Assembly (NCBI GenBank): GCA_964510515.1
Contig: CAZEAU010000011.1
Coordinates: 4,712 to 68,711 of the forward strand
Reading direction: 5' to 3'
Length of the DNA stretch: 64,000 nt
DNA from: an uncultured Actinomycetota bacterium
GTDB taxonomy: Bacteria > Actinomycetota > Geothermincolia > Geothermincolales > RBG-13-55-18
This document shows, in pieces, positions 1 to 9,376 of this stretch (its first letter is position 1; every line of letters begins with the position of its first letter). A program made the translations under genes and the position numbers. The notes under the pieces are model-generated. The model made no database searches and was not told the origin of the DNA. It saw only the letters and a program-made list of their open reading frames with translations.

Positions 1-308
1 TCCCCGGGAATATTGCTGGCGGCCACCTTGAGCGGGCCCGCGACCTCGGCTCGCCACCCCTCCATGTCCCGCCGCATCCTCTCCTCCATATCCAGCATCT
101 TCCGGGCGTGGCGGAGAAAAGAGATCCCCGCATCGGTGAGCCTGCTGCGGCCGGTGGAGCGGTCGATGAGCGTGCTCCCGAACTCCTTCTCCAGGGAGCG
201 GATATGGGAGCTGACGGCCGGCTGGGTGAGCCCCAGTTTGCGGGCGGCGGCGGAGAAGCCCCCGGCGTTCGCCACCTCCACGAATATGCGCAGGGTCTTG
301 GTGTTCAT
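1..308 (-). CDS. LysR-family transcriptional regulator, N-terminal part (3' end runs off the window); probably selenium-metabolism-associated
   Basis: Not in the ORF track. Manual translation from ATG 308: MNTKTLRIFVEVANAGGFSAAARKLGLTQPAVSSHIRSLEKEFGSTLIDRSTGRSRLTDAG, a classic LysR HTH. Lies downstream of selD-selA-selB-selC. Confidence 0.9.
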   Translation of the reverse strand, partial: MNTKTLRIFVEVANAGGFSAAARKLGLTQPAVSSHIRSLEKEFGSTLIDRSTGRSRLTDAGISFLRHARKMLDMEERMRRDMEGWRAEVAGPLKVAASNIPG

Positions 309-317
309 CCTTGGCGT

Positions 318-323
318 ATTATA
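318..323 (-). promoter_or_regulatory. Perfect TATAAT -10 box for the LysR gene
   Basis: ATTATA on the + strand, 9 nt upstream of the LysR ATG, in an otherwise very GC-rich context. Confidence 0.6.
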
Positions 324-358
324 ATCGATTTCCTCACCGCCTTCATAGGCCGCCCGGA

Positions 359-729
359 CGCAGATGGGGTCAGGTCTTGTTCTTTGCCTGCTCCGCTATC
401 TTGCCTGTTCGCACCCGGGGTTTTGCCGCGCATATGCAAGACGTGGCCCCCGGTGCCCCCCCGGCCCTCCGCGCCGCCGCGCCCGCCCTCTATTCAGCGC
501 GGGTGACGCGGGAAGGATTCGCCTTCCGTTTCGCGCAGGAAGACCTGCAGGGCGGCGGACGCCTCCCGCAAGCGCTGCGAGAGGGCCTCTGCCTTCCTCG
601 CCTCTGCCGCTGCGGCGGCATCCCGCGCCGATATCGCGCGGCTACGGTCGCAATGGCATCCTCGGGCGGGCGGGAGGCTATGGCTCATGCCCGGCAGCGC
701 TCGCGGAGCTTTGGCAGACCCCCCCCGCG
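359..729. repeat. ~370-bp direct repeat, copy 1 (between tRNA-Sec and LysR)
   Basis: Near-identical to 903-1270 (a few substitutions, one 3-nt indel). Starts with an imperfect inverted repeat GGGGTCAGGTCTTG (366-379) / CAAGACGTGGCCCC (437-450). Confidence 0.95.
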
Positions 730-744
730 CCCGCTGAGAATAAA

Positions 745-840
745 TGGCGGAGATGCGTAAGAATCGAACTTACCCGGCGCCCGTTACGACGCCGCACCGG
801 TTTTGAAGACCGGGCCGCCCACCAGGACGAATGCACCTCC
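745..840 (-). tRNA. selC: tRNA-Sec (anticodon UCA)
   Basis: Reverse complement GGAGGTGC...CCGGT-CT-TCA-AA-ACCGG...GGTAAGTTCGATTCTTAC-GCATCTCC-GCCA. 96 nt, 8-bp acceptor stem, long variable arm, encoded CCA, next to selAB. Confidence 0.97.
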
Positions 841-847
841 ACGCCAT

Positions 848-853
848 ATTATA
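848..853 (-). promoter_or_regulatory. TATAAT -10 box of selC
   Basis: ATTATA on the + strand, 7 nt upstream of the tRNA 5' end. Confidence 0.6.
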
Positions 854-902
854 ATCTTTCCCGCCGCCGCCGCCACCGCCATCTCCACGCGGACGAAGAT
901 GG

Positions 903-1270
903 CGCAGATGGGGTCAGGTCTTGTTCTTTGCCTGCTCCGCTATCTTGCCTGTTCGCACCCGGGGTTTTGCCGCGCATATGCAAGACGTGGCCCCCGGTGC
1001 CCCCCCGGCCCTCCGCGCCGCCGCGCCCGCCCTCTATTCAGCGCGGGTGACGCGGGAAGGATTCGCCTTCCGTTTCGCGCAGGAAGACCTGCAGGGCGGC
1101 GGACGCCTCCCGCAAGCGCTGCGAGAGGGCCTCTGCCTTCCTCGCCTCTGCCGCCGCGGCGGCATCCCGCGCCGATATCGCGCTGCGGCCGCAATGGTAT
1201 CCTCGGGCGGGCGGGAGGCTATGGCTCATGCCCGGCAGCGCCCGCGGAGCCTTGGCAGACCCTCCCCGCG
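903..1270. repeat. ~370-bp direct repeat, copy 2 (between selB and tRNA-Sec)
   Basis: Near-identical to 359-729. Confidence 0.95.
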
Positions 1271-1341
1271 ACCGCGGCGCCGACCAGCGGCGACAGGGCT
1301 GAAGGCAGGCTTAAGGCAGACCCCCACGCGCCCGAGGCGCC

Positions 1342-3249
1342 TCAGAAAGGCATGCGGTAATCGCCCTCGCGCCGGGTGACACGCTTGCGGTCGAAGTGCT
1401 CGAGCAGGGGGATGGCGTACTTGCGGCTGGCGCCGAGCATGTCCCGCACCTCCGCCACCTCCAGCCTCCCGCTGGCGGCGAGATGGGCGCGGATGCGCTC
1501 CTCCGCCTGGGAGAGCAGGCCGTGCGCCAGGAAATAGTCGGCGTTCACCTGCTCGATTTCCCCCTCCTCCACGAGCATGGCCAGCATGTCGCGCAGCGCT
1601 CCCCTCTCCAGGCCCGACGAGGCCAGCATCTCCTTGAAGAGAGGGGGGGAATAACCGCCCTCGCGGATGGAGCCCAGCAGCTCCTCCTTGACCGCCTGTT
1701 CCGCCGTGGAGAGCGACCTGCCCTTCCCGGCCAGGCGCACCCGCCCCGCCTCCACCTCCAGCGCCCCGGCGGAGACCAGGTCGCGCAGCAGGGCCTCGAA
1801 GACCTCGGGGGTGAGCGCCGCGTCCGCCCCCCGCCGCAGCGCTTCCTTCTCGACCCCCGGCTTGAGCGGGTTGGCCTCATGCATCTCCACGGTGGCGGCG
1901 GTCAGGCGCTCCCGCAGCGATGCCAGCAGGGCGGGGGTGACGAAGAGCGGGGCGCCGTCCCCCGCCACCTCCGCCATCTTCCCGCCGGAGATGAGCTCGG
2001 CGAGGGCGGAGTCCACCTCCGACTCACCCAGCTCGACCCGGGAGATGAGCTCCCGCCGCGAGAGGGGAACGCCCTTTTCCTCCACCGCCAGCAGCAGCAG
2101 CTCCCGCGGCATGCCCCGCTCCCGCACCTCCAGGCCCTCCAGCACCTCCCGGCGGTGGTGGCGGTGCTTGGCGGGGTGGGCATCGAGGATGACCCCGCCC
2201 CCGATGGTGGTCACCGGCGAGTAGCTGCGCAGGATGAAGCGGTCGCCGTAGGCGGCGATGAGCGGGCTCTCCAGGCGGAACTGCACATAGGCTTTCTCGC
2301 CCGGGGGAAGCTCCTCCCTGCCCCCCAGGAGGACCACCCGCGCCATGACCTCCCTGGTGCCGTGGTGAAGGCGCACCCGGGCGCGGTTCTTCAAGGGCCG
2401 CGGGGCGGCCGCGATGAGCTGGAGGCCGGCGTCGGCCATGAAGGTGGTGCGCAGGTAGCCGGGCGTCCCCAGCACGTCCCCCCGCTCGATGTCTGCGGTG
2501 GAGACGCCGGGCAGGTTCATGGCCACCCTCTGCCCGGCGAAGGCGCGCTCCACATCCCCCCCGTGCACCTGTATATTGCGCACGCGCACCTTCCTCCCCG
2601 AGGGCTGTATGACCCCCTCATCGCCGTCGGCGGCACTGCCCTCCCACATGGTCCCGGTGACCACCGTTCCTATTCCCTTGAGGGTGAAGACGCGGTCCAC
2701 GGGAAGGCGGAAGGGGCCGCTCTCGTCGCGACGGCCCAGGGTGGACGCCACGCGCAGCAGCGCCTCGCGCAGCTCGTCCAGGCCCCGGCCGGTGCGGCTG
2801 GAGGTGACCACGACCTCGGCGCCCTCCAGGGCCGTCCCCGCCACCGCCTCGGCGACATCCTCCCTGGCCAGCTCCAGCATATCCTCGTCGACCAGGTCCG
2901 CCTTGGTGATCACCAGCACCCCGTGCTTCACCCCCAGCAGGTCCACGATGGCCAGGTGCTCCAGCGTCTGTGGCATCACCCCATCGTCCGCCGCCACCGC
3001 CAGCAGCACCAGGTCGAAGCCGCTCGCGCCCGCCAGCATGTTCTTCACGAAGTGTTCATGCCCGGGGACGTCCACCACGCCGGCGGCGACCCCGCCCGGG
3101 AGGGCGATGTCCGCGAAGCCCAGCTCGATGGAGATGCCGCGCTCCTTTTCCTCCTTGAGGCGGTCGGTGTCCACCCCGGTGAGGGCACGGATGAGTTCCG
3201 TCTTGCCGTGGTCGATGTGCCCCGCCGTGCCGATGATGAAGCTCTTCAT
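1342..3249 (-). CDS. selB: Selenocysteine-specific translation elongation factor
   Basis: [12 protein letters not shown]-loop, [18 protein letters not shown]; C-terminal winged-helix region ending [13 protein letters not shown]...R.GDYR. Confidence 0.97.
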   Translation of the reverse strand: MKSFIIGTAGHIDHGKTELIRALTGVDTDRLKEEKERGISIELGFADIALPGGVAAGVVDVPGHEHFVKNMLAGASGFDLVLLAVAADDGVMPQTLEHLAIVDLLGVKHGVLVITKADLVDEDMLELAREDVAEAVAGTALEGAEVVVTSSRTGRGLDELREALLRVASTLGRRDESGPFRLPVDRVFTLKGIGTVVTGTMWEGSAADGDEGVIQPSGRKVRVRNIQVHGGDVERAFAGQRVAMNLPGVSTADIERGDVLGTPGYLRTTFMADAGLQLIAAAPRPLKNRARVRLHHGTREVMARVVLLGGREELPPGEKAYVQFRLESPLIAAYGDRFILRSYSPVTTIGGGVILDAHPAKHRHHRREVLEGLEVRERGMPRELLLLAVEEKGVPLSRRELISRVELGESEVDSALAELISGGKMAEVAGDGAPLFVTPALLASLRERLTAATVEMHEANPLKPGVEKEALRRGADAALTPEVFEALLRDLVSAGALEVEAGRVRLAGKGRSLSTAEQAVKEELLGSIREGGYSPPLFKEMLASSGLERGALRDMLAMLVEEGEIEQVNADYFLAHGLLSQAEERIRAHLAASGRLEVAEVRDMLGASRKYAIPLLEHFDRKRVTRREGDYRMPF

Positions 3250-4673
3250 GCCCGCTCTGGCGTATCCGGGGGAGCCATGGCCGCGAAGGCCTCCGCCAGC
3301 AGGGAGACCTCGCCGTCGCTCACCGTGCGCATGTCCAGGATGACGCGGCCGTCCCTGATGCGGCAGATGACCGGCGGCTCGGAGGCGCGCAGCCTCCCCT
3401 CGATTTCGTTGGCGCTGAGGGAGGGGGAGACGACGGCGACCGTCCAGGTGGGGAGGTCCTCCAGGGGCAGGGCGCCCCCCCCGGCTCGGGACACGCCCTC
3501 CACCACCTCCGCTTGAAAGGCGTCCAGGGGGGCGAGCCCCTCCGCCAGGGCGCGGGCCCGGCGCCGCAGGGCCTCCTGCTCCGCCGTGAGCATGGCCAGG
3601 GTGGGTATCTCCCTCACCGCCCTCTCCGGATCCAGGTAGTGGCGCAGGGTGGCCTCCAGGGCGGCGATGGTCAGCTTGCCCACCCTGAGCGCCCTGGCCA
3701 GGGGGTGTGCGGCCATGATGTCGACGAGGTCCTTCCTGCCCAGGATGATGCCGGCCTGGGGTCCGCCCAGCAGCTTGTCCCCGCTGAAGCAGACGAGGTC
3801 GGCGCCCTCCTGCAGCGAGCGCATGATGGTCGGCTCATAGGAGAGGCCGTAGCCACTGAGGTCGATGTAAACGCCGCTCCCCAGGTCGTCGAGCAGCGGC
3901 AGCCCGAATTCGCGGGCCAGGGAGGCGAGGCCCGGGAGGTCCGCCTCGGAGGTGAAGCCCATGATGCGGTAGTTGCTGGGATGGGCGCGCATGAGCATTG
4001 CCGTCTCGCTGGTGATGGCGCGGCGGTAGTCGTCCAGGTAGGTCTTGTTGGTGGTCCCCACCTCCACCAGGCGCGCGCCGCTCTGGGCCATGACGTCCGG
4101 CAGGCGGAAGGAGCCGCCGATCTCGATGAGCTGCCCGCGGCTGACCACGACCTCCCTGCCCGCGGCGAGGGCGGTCAGCGCCAACAATACCGCCGCGGCG
4201 TTGTTGTTGACGACCAGCGCCGACTCGGCCCCGCTTAGCTCGCACAGCAGCTTCCTGAGATGCGCCTGCCGCGAGCCCCTCGAGCCGTCGTCGAGGTCGA
4301 ACTCGAGATTGTTGTAATGCGCCCCCGCCTCCGCCACGGCGGCGAGGGCGGGCGCGGAGAGGAGAGAGCGGCCCAGGTTGGTGTGCACGACTATGCCGGT
4401 GGCGTTGACCACCCTGCGCAGGCTCCACTGCAGCCTCTCCTCGACCTCTTTCTCCACCAGGTCAACCAGTTCCCTGGTGCCCGTCTCGATCTTCCCCAGC
4501 GACATCTCGTCCTTAGCGGCCAGAATGGCCGCGCGCACGCCGTCGAGCACCACCCGCGACGCCTCGCTGACCAGCTCGCGCGGTACCCCCCCGCCCAGCT
4601 TATGGCTGCGGTAAACGGCCTGGATGAGGTCGTTCACCGAGGACAGGTTCCTCAGGTAGTCCTTCTTGTCCAT
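3246..4673 (-). CDS. selA: L-seryl-tRNA(Sec) selenium transferase
   Basis: [52 protein letters not shown] (PLP lysine). 4-nt overlap with selB. Confidence 0.97.
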   Translation of the reverse strand: MDKKDYLRNLSSVNDLIQAVYRSHKLGGGVPRELVSEASRVVLDGVRAAILAAKDEMSLGKIETGTRELVDLVEKEVEERLQWSLRRVVNATGIVVHTNLGRSLLSAPALAAVAEAGAHYNNLEFDLDDGSRGSRQAHLRKLLCELSGAESALVVNNNAAAVLLALTALAAGREVVVSRGQLIEIGGSFRLPDVMAQSGARLVEVGTTNKTYLDDYRRAITSETAMLMRAHPSNYRIMGFTSEADLPGLASLAREFGLPLLDDLGSGVYIDLSGYGLSYEPTIMRSLQEGADLVCFSGDKLLGGPQAGIILGRKDLVDIMAAHPLARALRVGKLTIAALEATLRHYLDPERAVREIPTLAMLTAEQEALRRRARALAEGLAPLDAFQAEVVEGVSRAGGGALPLEDLPTWTVAVVSPSLSANEIEGRLRASEPPVICRIRDGRVILDMRTVSDGEVSLLAEAFAAMAPPDTPERA

Positions 4674-4815
4674 GGCATTAGTTTAAACGCTGCGGGGGTG
4701 GGCTGCCAGCGGCGCCCCCGGGGCCGTGCGCCGCCTCCCCATGTTTAACCCCCGGCGGGCCAAGCCCGGGGCGGGCGTGCCCCGCGAGCCTTTCAGCAGC
4801 CTTTGCGCCCCCGGC

Positions 4816-5856
4816 TCACGGGCTCACCCGTATGAGGGGCTCGCCGCGGCTCACGAATTCCCCGATACGGCCCCAGCCCATCTCGCCGCCCATCTCTCGC
4901 GCGAAGGCCTCCTCCCCCTCCGGCGGCAGCGCTATGAGCAGCCCCCCCGAGGTCTGGGGGTCGTAGAGGAGGTCGCGGTCGGTCTCGTCCACCTGCCGCG
5001 ATATCTGCGTCCGACCCGAGAGGAAGTCGCGGTTCTTATGCGCCCCCCCGGGGATCATGCCCTCGGCCGCCATGGCGCGGGCGCCCGCGTAGGCGGGGAG
5101 GAGGGATGAGGAGAGCTCGCATGCCAGGCCCCGGGAGGGCAGCATGTTGGAGAGATGCCCCACCAACCCGAAGCCGGTGACGTCGGTGCAGGCATGGGCA
5201 CCGGCGCACAGCGCGGCCCGGGAGGCCGCGGCGTTGAGCGCCGCCATGCCCTCGATGGCCTCGCGCATGTCCTCCTCGGCCAGGAAGCCGCCCTTGAGCG
5301 CGGTGGCGAGGATGCCCGTGCCCAGGGGCTTGGTCAGGAGCAGGAGGTCGCCCGCCTCGGCGCCCAGGCTGGTGAGCACGCGGTCGGGGTGCACCCTGCC
5401 GGTGACCGCCAGGCCGTACTTGGGCTCCTCGTCGTCGACGGAGTGCCCGCCGACCAGCACCGCGCCCGCCTCCTGTATCTTGTCCAGCCCCCCCTCGAGT
5501 ATGGTGGAGAGGATGTCCATGCCCAGCGAACAAGGGAAACAGACGATGTTCATGGCCGAGAGGGGCACGCCCCCCATGGCGTAGATGTCGCTCAGGGAGT
5601 TGGCCGCGGCTATCTGCCCGAAGAGGTAGGGGTCGTCCACGATGGGGGTGAAGAAATCGACGCTATGCACGAGGGCCGTCTCGCCGTCCAGCAGGTACAC
5701 GGCCGCGTCGTCGGGGGTGTCCAGCCCCACCAGGATGTCCTGTCGTTTCTCGCCCGGCGGCAGCAGGCGCAACAGTTTCTCCAGGTCCTCCGGACCCACT
5801 TTGGCCGCTCACCCCGACTTGCTGGAGAGAAGGGTCAGCCTGACCTTTTCCCGCAT
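4816..5856 (-). CDS. selD: Selenide, water dikinase, selenocysteine-containing (UGA at codon 16)
   Basis: The track ORF starts at the internal GTG 5799. The true start is ATG 5856 with an AAGGAGGT SD, giving MREKVRLTLLSSKSG-U-AAKVGPEDL (U at 5809-5811, conserved Lys three residues later). Also DDAAVY, DFFTPIVDDP, GGHS, TDVTGFG, DPQTSGGLL motifs; 346 aa. Confidence 0.95.
5783..5797 (-). promoter_or_regulatory. Putative bacterial SECIS hairpin of selD
   Basis: Minus-strand GGGUCC-GGA-GGACCU stem-loop beginning 11 nt after the UGA, the spacing known for E. coli-type SECIS elements. Confidence 0.7.
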
Positions 5857-5874
5857 TATAAGACCTCCTTATAA
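5856..5874. promoter_or_regulatory. Palindrome TTATAAG-N5-CTTATAA overlapping the selD Shine-Dalgarno
   Basis: Perfect 7-bp inverted repeat containing a T-N11-A LysR-type core. Confidence 0.5.
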
Positions 5875-6030
5875 GCACGATTACAAATAATTATAAATGG
5901 GCGGATGCCGGGATGCCAGGTGTCTTTTCCCCTCCCTTGGCTTGATGCGCTTGCAGGCGCCGGGGACGAACGCCTCTTCGTGCCGCGTATCCCCGCGCTC
6001 GCCGCCCGCACCGGCTCCGCCGTGAGCGGC

Positions 6031-6642
6031 TTATTCCACCAGCGTGCCCAGGCTGCGCGAGATCTCCATCACCAGGTGCTCTCCCGAGGTACGCGCGTTG
6101 CGCAGGGCCGTGGGGTGGTCCTTGATGGCGCCCCTGCGGCCTATGCGGAAGAAGAGCAGGCGCTCGTAATACTTGATGTCCAGGAGGTCGAAGAAGATGT
6201 CCATCACCTTGAGGGCTCCGTCGAAGGCGCGCGGGTCGTCGGCGCCGGCGGTGGAGAGGAACAGGCCCCGCCTGGCGTGCCTGGTCTCGGGGTCGGTCAC
6301 CTCCTCGCCCAACAGCACCTTGCGCGCCCACAGGCACTGGTGGCGGTCGATGAGCGCTTTGGTTCGGGCGTTGAGGGAGTTGAAGTAGATGGGGGCGGCG
6401 AGGATGATGCCGTGCGCCTGGGTGGTGAGGCGGTAGATCTTGCCCATGGCGTCGTCAAGGCTGCACTCGCCGGTCTTCGCGCAGTCCCCGCAACCCCGGC
6501 AGGGGTCGATCTCGCGGTTGCAGACGATGACCTTGCTCACGGAGGCCCCGGCCTCCCTGGCGCCGCCCAAGGCCTCGTTCAGCAGCAGGGAGGTGTTGCC
6601 GCCCGTGCGCGGACTCCCCGCGATCCCCAGGATTTTTACCAT
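6031..6642 (-). CDS. Flavodoxin-family / iron-sulfur flavoprotein (NADPH-dependent FMN reductase fold)
   Basis: GIAGSPRTGGNT, CRGCGDC...C cluster, AAPIYF, KALIDR. Confidence 0.85.
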   Translation of the reverse strand: MVKILGIAGSPRTGGNTSLLLNEALGGAREAGASVSKVIVCNREIDPCRGCGDCAKTGECSLDDAMGKIYRLTTQAHGIILAAPIYFNSLNARTKALIDRHQCLWARKVLLGEEVTDPETRHARRGLFLSTAGADDPRAFDGALKVMDIFFDLLDIKYYERLLFFRIGRRGAIKDHPTALRNARTSGEHLVMEISRSLGTLVE

Positions 6643-6718
6643 GACCGCCTCTTCCCCAGCGAGCGCGACATCGCCCGATTTGCGCGTATTCTATCCGATA
6701 GCGGTTATAACCGCAAAC

Positions 6719-7870
6719 CTATGCGGCCGCCCCTTTCTCCCGGAGTTCGCTTATCCGCGCCGCGTCGTAGCCCGCCTCCGCCAGGACCTCGTCGGTGTGC
6801 TGGCCGAGCGCGGGCGCGGGCGTCTCGAAGCGGGGGGGCGTCGCGGAGAGCTTGTGGGGGCTCCCCAGCTGCTTGACGGCGCCGTCCCCGCTTTTTATCT
6901 CCACCACCATGTCGCGGTGGCGGACCTGGGGGTCGTCCAGGGCCTCCTTCACGCTCGCCAGGGGCGCGCAGGGGACATCGTGCTCGTCGAAGACCCGCAC
7001 CCATTCGTCTAGCGGGCGGCTGCGTATGGCCTCCGCCACCCGGGGCAGGAGGTCTCCGGCCCCCAGCAGGCGTTCCACCGTGAGCAGGTCTTTTACGTCT
7101 TCCATGCACGCTGCCTCGCACAGGCTTTTCCAGAACCAGTCCTCGTGCACGATGCCCAGGGCCAGGCGCTTTCCATCCGAGGTCTCGAAGATGCCGTAAT
7201 GGGGCAGCATGTGGATGAAGTTGCCGGGCGGCTCCTCTCCCGTCTCCAGGTAGGGCCCGAGGCTGTTGTGGAGCAGCGCGACCACGCAGTCCAGCATGGA
7301 GATGTCCACGTACTGGCCCTCGCCGGTCCTCTCCCGCGCCAGCAGGGCGGCCTGTATGGCGATGACCGCGTTCAACGCGGAGGTGATGTCGGCGACCTCG
7401 AAGCCGGGGATGACCGGGTCGCCGCCCCCGTCCCTGGTGAGGCCGAGCACGCCCCCCAGGGCCATATAGTTGATGTCGTGGCCGGGGCGGTCGCGGTAGG
7501 GTCCGTCCTGCCCGAAGCCGCTGATGGAACAGTAGATGAGACGCGGGTTGTCGGCCTTGAGGGAGTCGTAGTCCACCCCCAGGCGGGCGGTGGTGCCCGG
7601 CCTGAAGCCCTCCACCACCACGTCCGTCGTGCGCGCCAGGGCGCGGAAGGCCTCCTGCGCCGCGGCGTCCTTGAGGTTGAGGGCGAGGCTTTTTTTGTTG
7701 CGGTTGATCTGGTTGAAGAGAAAGCGGAAGGCCCGGGCGTGGTCCCCGGAGCCGGGGGGCTCCACCTTGATGACCTCCGCCCCCAGGTCGGCGAGGATCA
7801 TGGTGCACAGGGGTCCGGGATAGAGCATGGTCAGGTCGAGTACGCGGATGCCTTGCAGCGGCGTGGTCAT
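6719..7870 (-). CDS. CaiB/BaiF family III CoA transferase
   Basis: GIRVLDLT..PGP, LADLGAEVIKVEPP, NRNKKS, EGFRPG, SISGFGQ.GP, GHDINY motifs. Confidence 0.93.
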   Translation of the reverse strand: MTTPLQGIRVLDLTMLYPGPLCTMILADLGAEVIKVEPPGSGDHARAFRFLFNQINRNKKSLALNLKDAAAQEAFRALARTTDVVVEGFRPGTTARLGVDYDSLKADNPRLIYCSISGFGQDGPYRDRPGHDINYMALGGVLGLTRDGGGDPVIPGFEVADITSALNAVIAIQAALLARERTGEGQYVDISMLDCVVALLHNSLGPYLETGEEPPGNFIHMLPHYGIFETSDGKRLALGIVHEDWFWKSLCEAACMEDVKDLLTVERLLGAGDLLPRVAEAIRSRPLDEWVRVFDEHDVPCAPLASVKEALDDPQVRHRDMVVEIKSGDGAVKQLGSPHKLSATPPRFETPAPALGQHTDEVLAEAGYDAARISELREKGAAA

Positions 7871-7921
7871 GCGGTTTCCTCCTCCTTCGATCGGGCAGGG
7901 CGTTCCCGAGTATTATAAGCT

Positions 7922-8070
7922 AATTCGACCGCGCTGGGAGATGAAAGCCGCTGGGGGGGCCGCCGGTACGCATGCCCGCGGGGAAAGAAAAATAGGCCAA
8001 TTCGACCGCGCTGGGAGATGAAAGCCGCTGGGGGGGCCGCCGGTACGCATGCCCGCGGGAAAAGAAAAAT
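7922..8070. repeat. 72-bp tandem direct repeat x2 (period 77) abutting the tRNA-Pro 3' end
   Basis: AATTCGACCGCGCTGGGAGATGAAAGCCGCTGGGGGGGCCGCCGGTACGCATGCCCGCGGG.AAAGAAAAAT at 7922-7993 and 7999-8070, with a single mismatch. Confidence 0.95.
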
Positions 8071-8147
8071 GGTCGGGGTGAGAGGATTTGAACCTCCGAC
8101 CTCTGCGTCCCGAACGCAGCGCGCTGACCAAACTGCGCCACACCCCG
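8070..8147 (-). tRNA. tRNA-Pro (anticodon CGG)
   Basis: Reverse complement CGGGGTGTGGCGCAGTTTGGTCAGCGCG-CTGCG-TT-CGG-GA-CGCAG-AGGTCGGAGGTTCAAATCCTCTCACCCCGACCA. Confidence 0.97.
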
Positions 8148-8452
8148 ACCGCGATGCTCACCTGTCTGGCGGACGGCTTCGCGTCCCGCCCGCCAGTTCC
8201 CTATTATACCTATCGGCCCGCCGTTGTGCTAAAGCAATGTGGAGGCGTCCGCGGGGACGCCGCTCTCCTCCCCGTCCGTGGGGCCCCCGCAGCCCCCCCA
8301 GCGGCATCGGCGCCATTCTCCATCTCATGCACATTTCAGCGATGCGAGCCGCATGTCATCGCTGTCTGGGGCGAGCGATAAGAGTTAAGATGGTGGCAGC
8401 CCGGGATGCGCAAGCGATGGTGAGGCGGCGATATGCGCCGCGCGAGAAGGAG

Positions 8453-9265
8453 ATGAAGGCAGGGAACGGCATGCCGGTGGAGGCCAAGGACGCCGCGTCC
8501 GTGATACTGCTGCGGGAGGTCCCCCGCGCGGGGGGCATCGAGGTCCTCATGGTGAGGAGGCACGACCGCAGCGACTTCGCGGCGGGCGTGTACGTCTTCC
8601 CCGGGGGAGGAGTGGAGGAACAGGACTGCGGCGACGGCGTGGCCGACCTGTGCGCGGGCTTGGATCCCGCGGAGGCCCAGTCCGTGATCGCCGACGCGCC
8701 CTCCCCACAGCAGGCTTTGGCCCTCTACGTCGCGGGCATCAGGGAGACCTTCGAGGAAACGGGCATCCTCCTCGCCCGCGAAGGCCCGGGAGAGTTCGTG
8801 TCCTGCCGGGGCGGCCGGGCGGCCAGGCTCGCCGCCCTGCGCGAGGAGGCGAGGGATAAGCGCATATCCTTCCCGGAGATGGTGGCCGGGGAGGGGCTGA
8901 AGCTGGCCACGGACAGCCTCTCCTATTTCGCGCACTGGATCACCCCGGAGTTCTCGCCCATCCGCTACGATACCCGCTTCTTCCTGGCCCCCGCGCCCCC
9001 TTGCCAGGAAGCCAGGCACGACAACCTGGAGGTCACCGGCCACGCCTGGATATCCCCCGCCGATGCCCTGGAGCGGAACGAGGGCGGCAGCTTTCCCATG
9101 CTCCCCCCCACCATCATCAACCTCATGGCGCTGGGGGGCTTCTGCGACGTGGAGGAGGCCCTGCGCTCCCCCGCGGGAGAGGAGGTCGCCGCCATCCTCC
9201 CCAGGCTGAGCTACGAAGACGGCAGGTTGAGGCTGCTGCTCCCCGACGACCCCGCCTGCGGCTGA
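8453..9265 (+). CDS. NUDIX hydrolase
   Basis: DAASVILLRE, FAAGVYVFPGG, IRETFEETGILL Nudix box, HWITP..SPIRYDTRFF. Start moved from track 8018 (which overlaps the tRNA) to ATG 8453. Confidence 0.85.
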   Translation: MKAGNGMPVEAKDAASVILLREVPRAGGIEVLMVRRHDRSDFAAGVYVFPGGGVEEQDCGDGVADLCAGLDPAEAQSVIADAPSPQQALALYVAGIRETFEETGILLAREGPGEFVSCRGGRAARLAALREEARDKRISFPEMVAGEGLKLATDSLSYFAHWITPEFSPIRYDTRFFLAPAPPCQEARHDNLEVTGHAWISPADALERNEGGSFPMLPPTIINLMALGGFCDVEEALRSPAGEEVAAILPRLSYEDGRLRLLLPDDPACG

Positions 9266-9376
9266 GGGCCCGCCGCCCTTGCCCGCATGGCGGGGAGGGG
9301 GAATAATGGGGTGGCCGGGGCTGCATGCGAAGCCGGCGCGCCCGATGGACGCGGAGTGGGAGGCGGGGAGATATCC

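Noticed and set aside
494-688. 64-aa minus-strand ORF inside the duplicated repeat as a real gene
   Set aside because: No SD, most differences between the two copies change amino acids, and no recognisable family; mentioned only as part of the repeat finding.
8018-8452. N-terminal extension of the NUDIX ORF
   Set aside because: It overlaps tRNA-Pro and the tandem repeat; the Nudix fold begins after 8453.
9257-9268. NUDIX gene ending TGC GGC TGA GGG (Cys-Gly-UGA-Gly), a possible Sec read-through
   Set aside because: No SECIS-like hairpin evident, and the read-through runs out of frame into the next gene. Nudix proteins do not need a C-terminal Sec.
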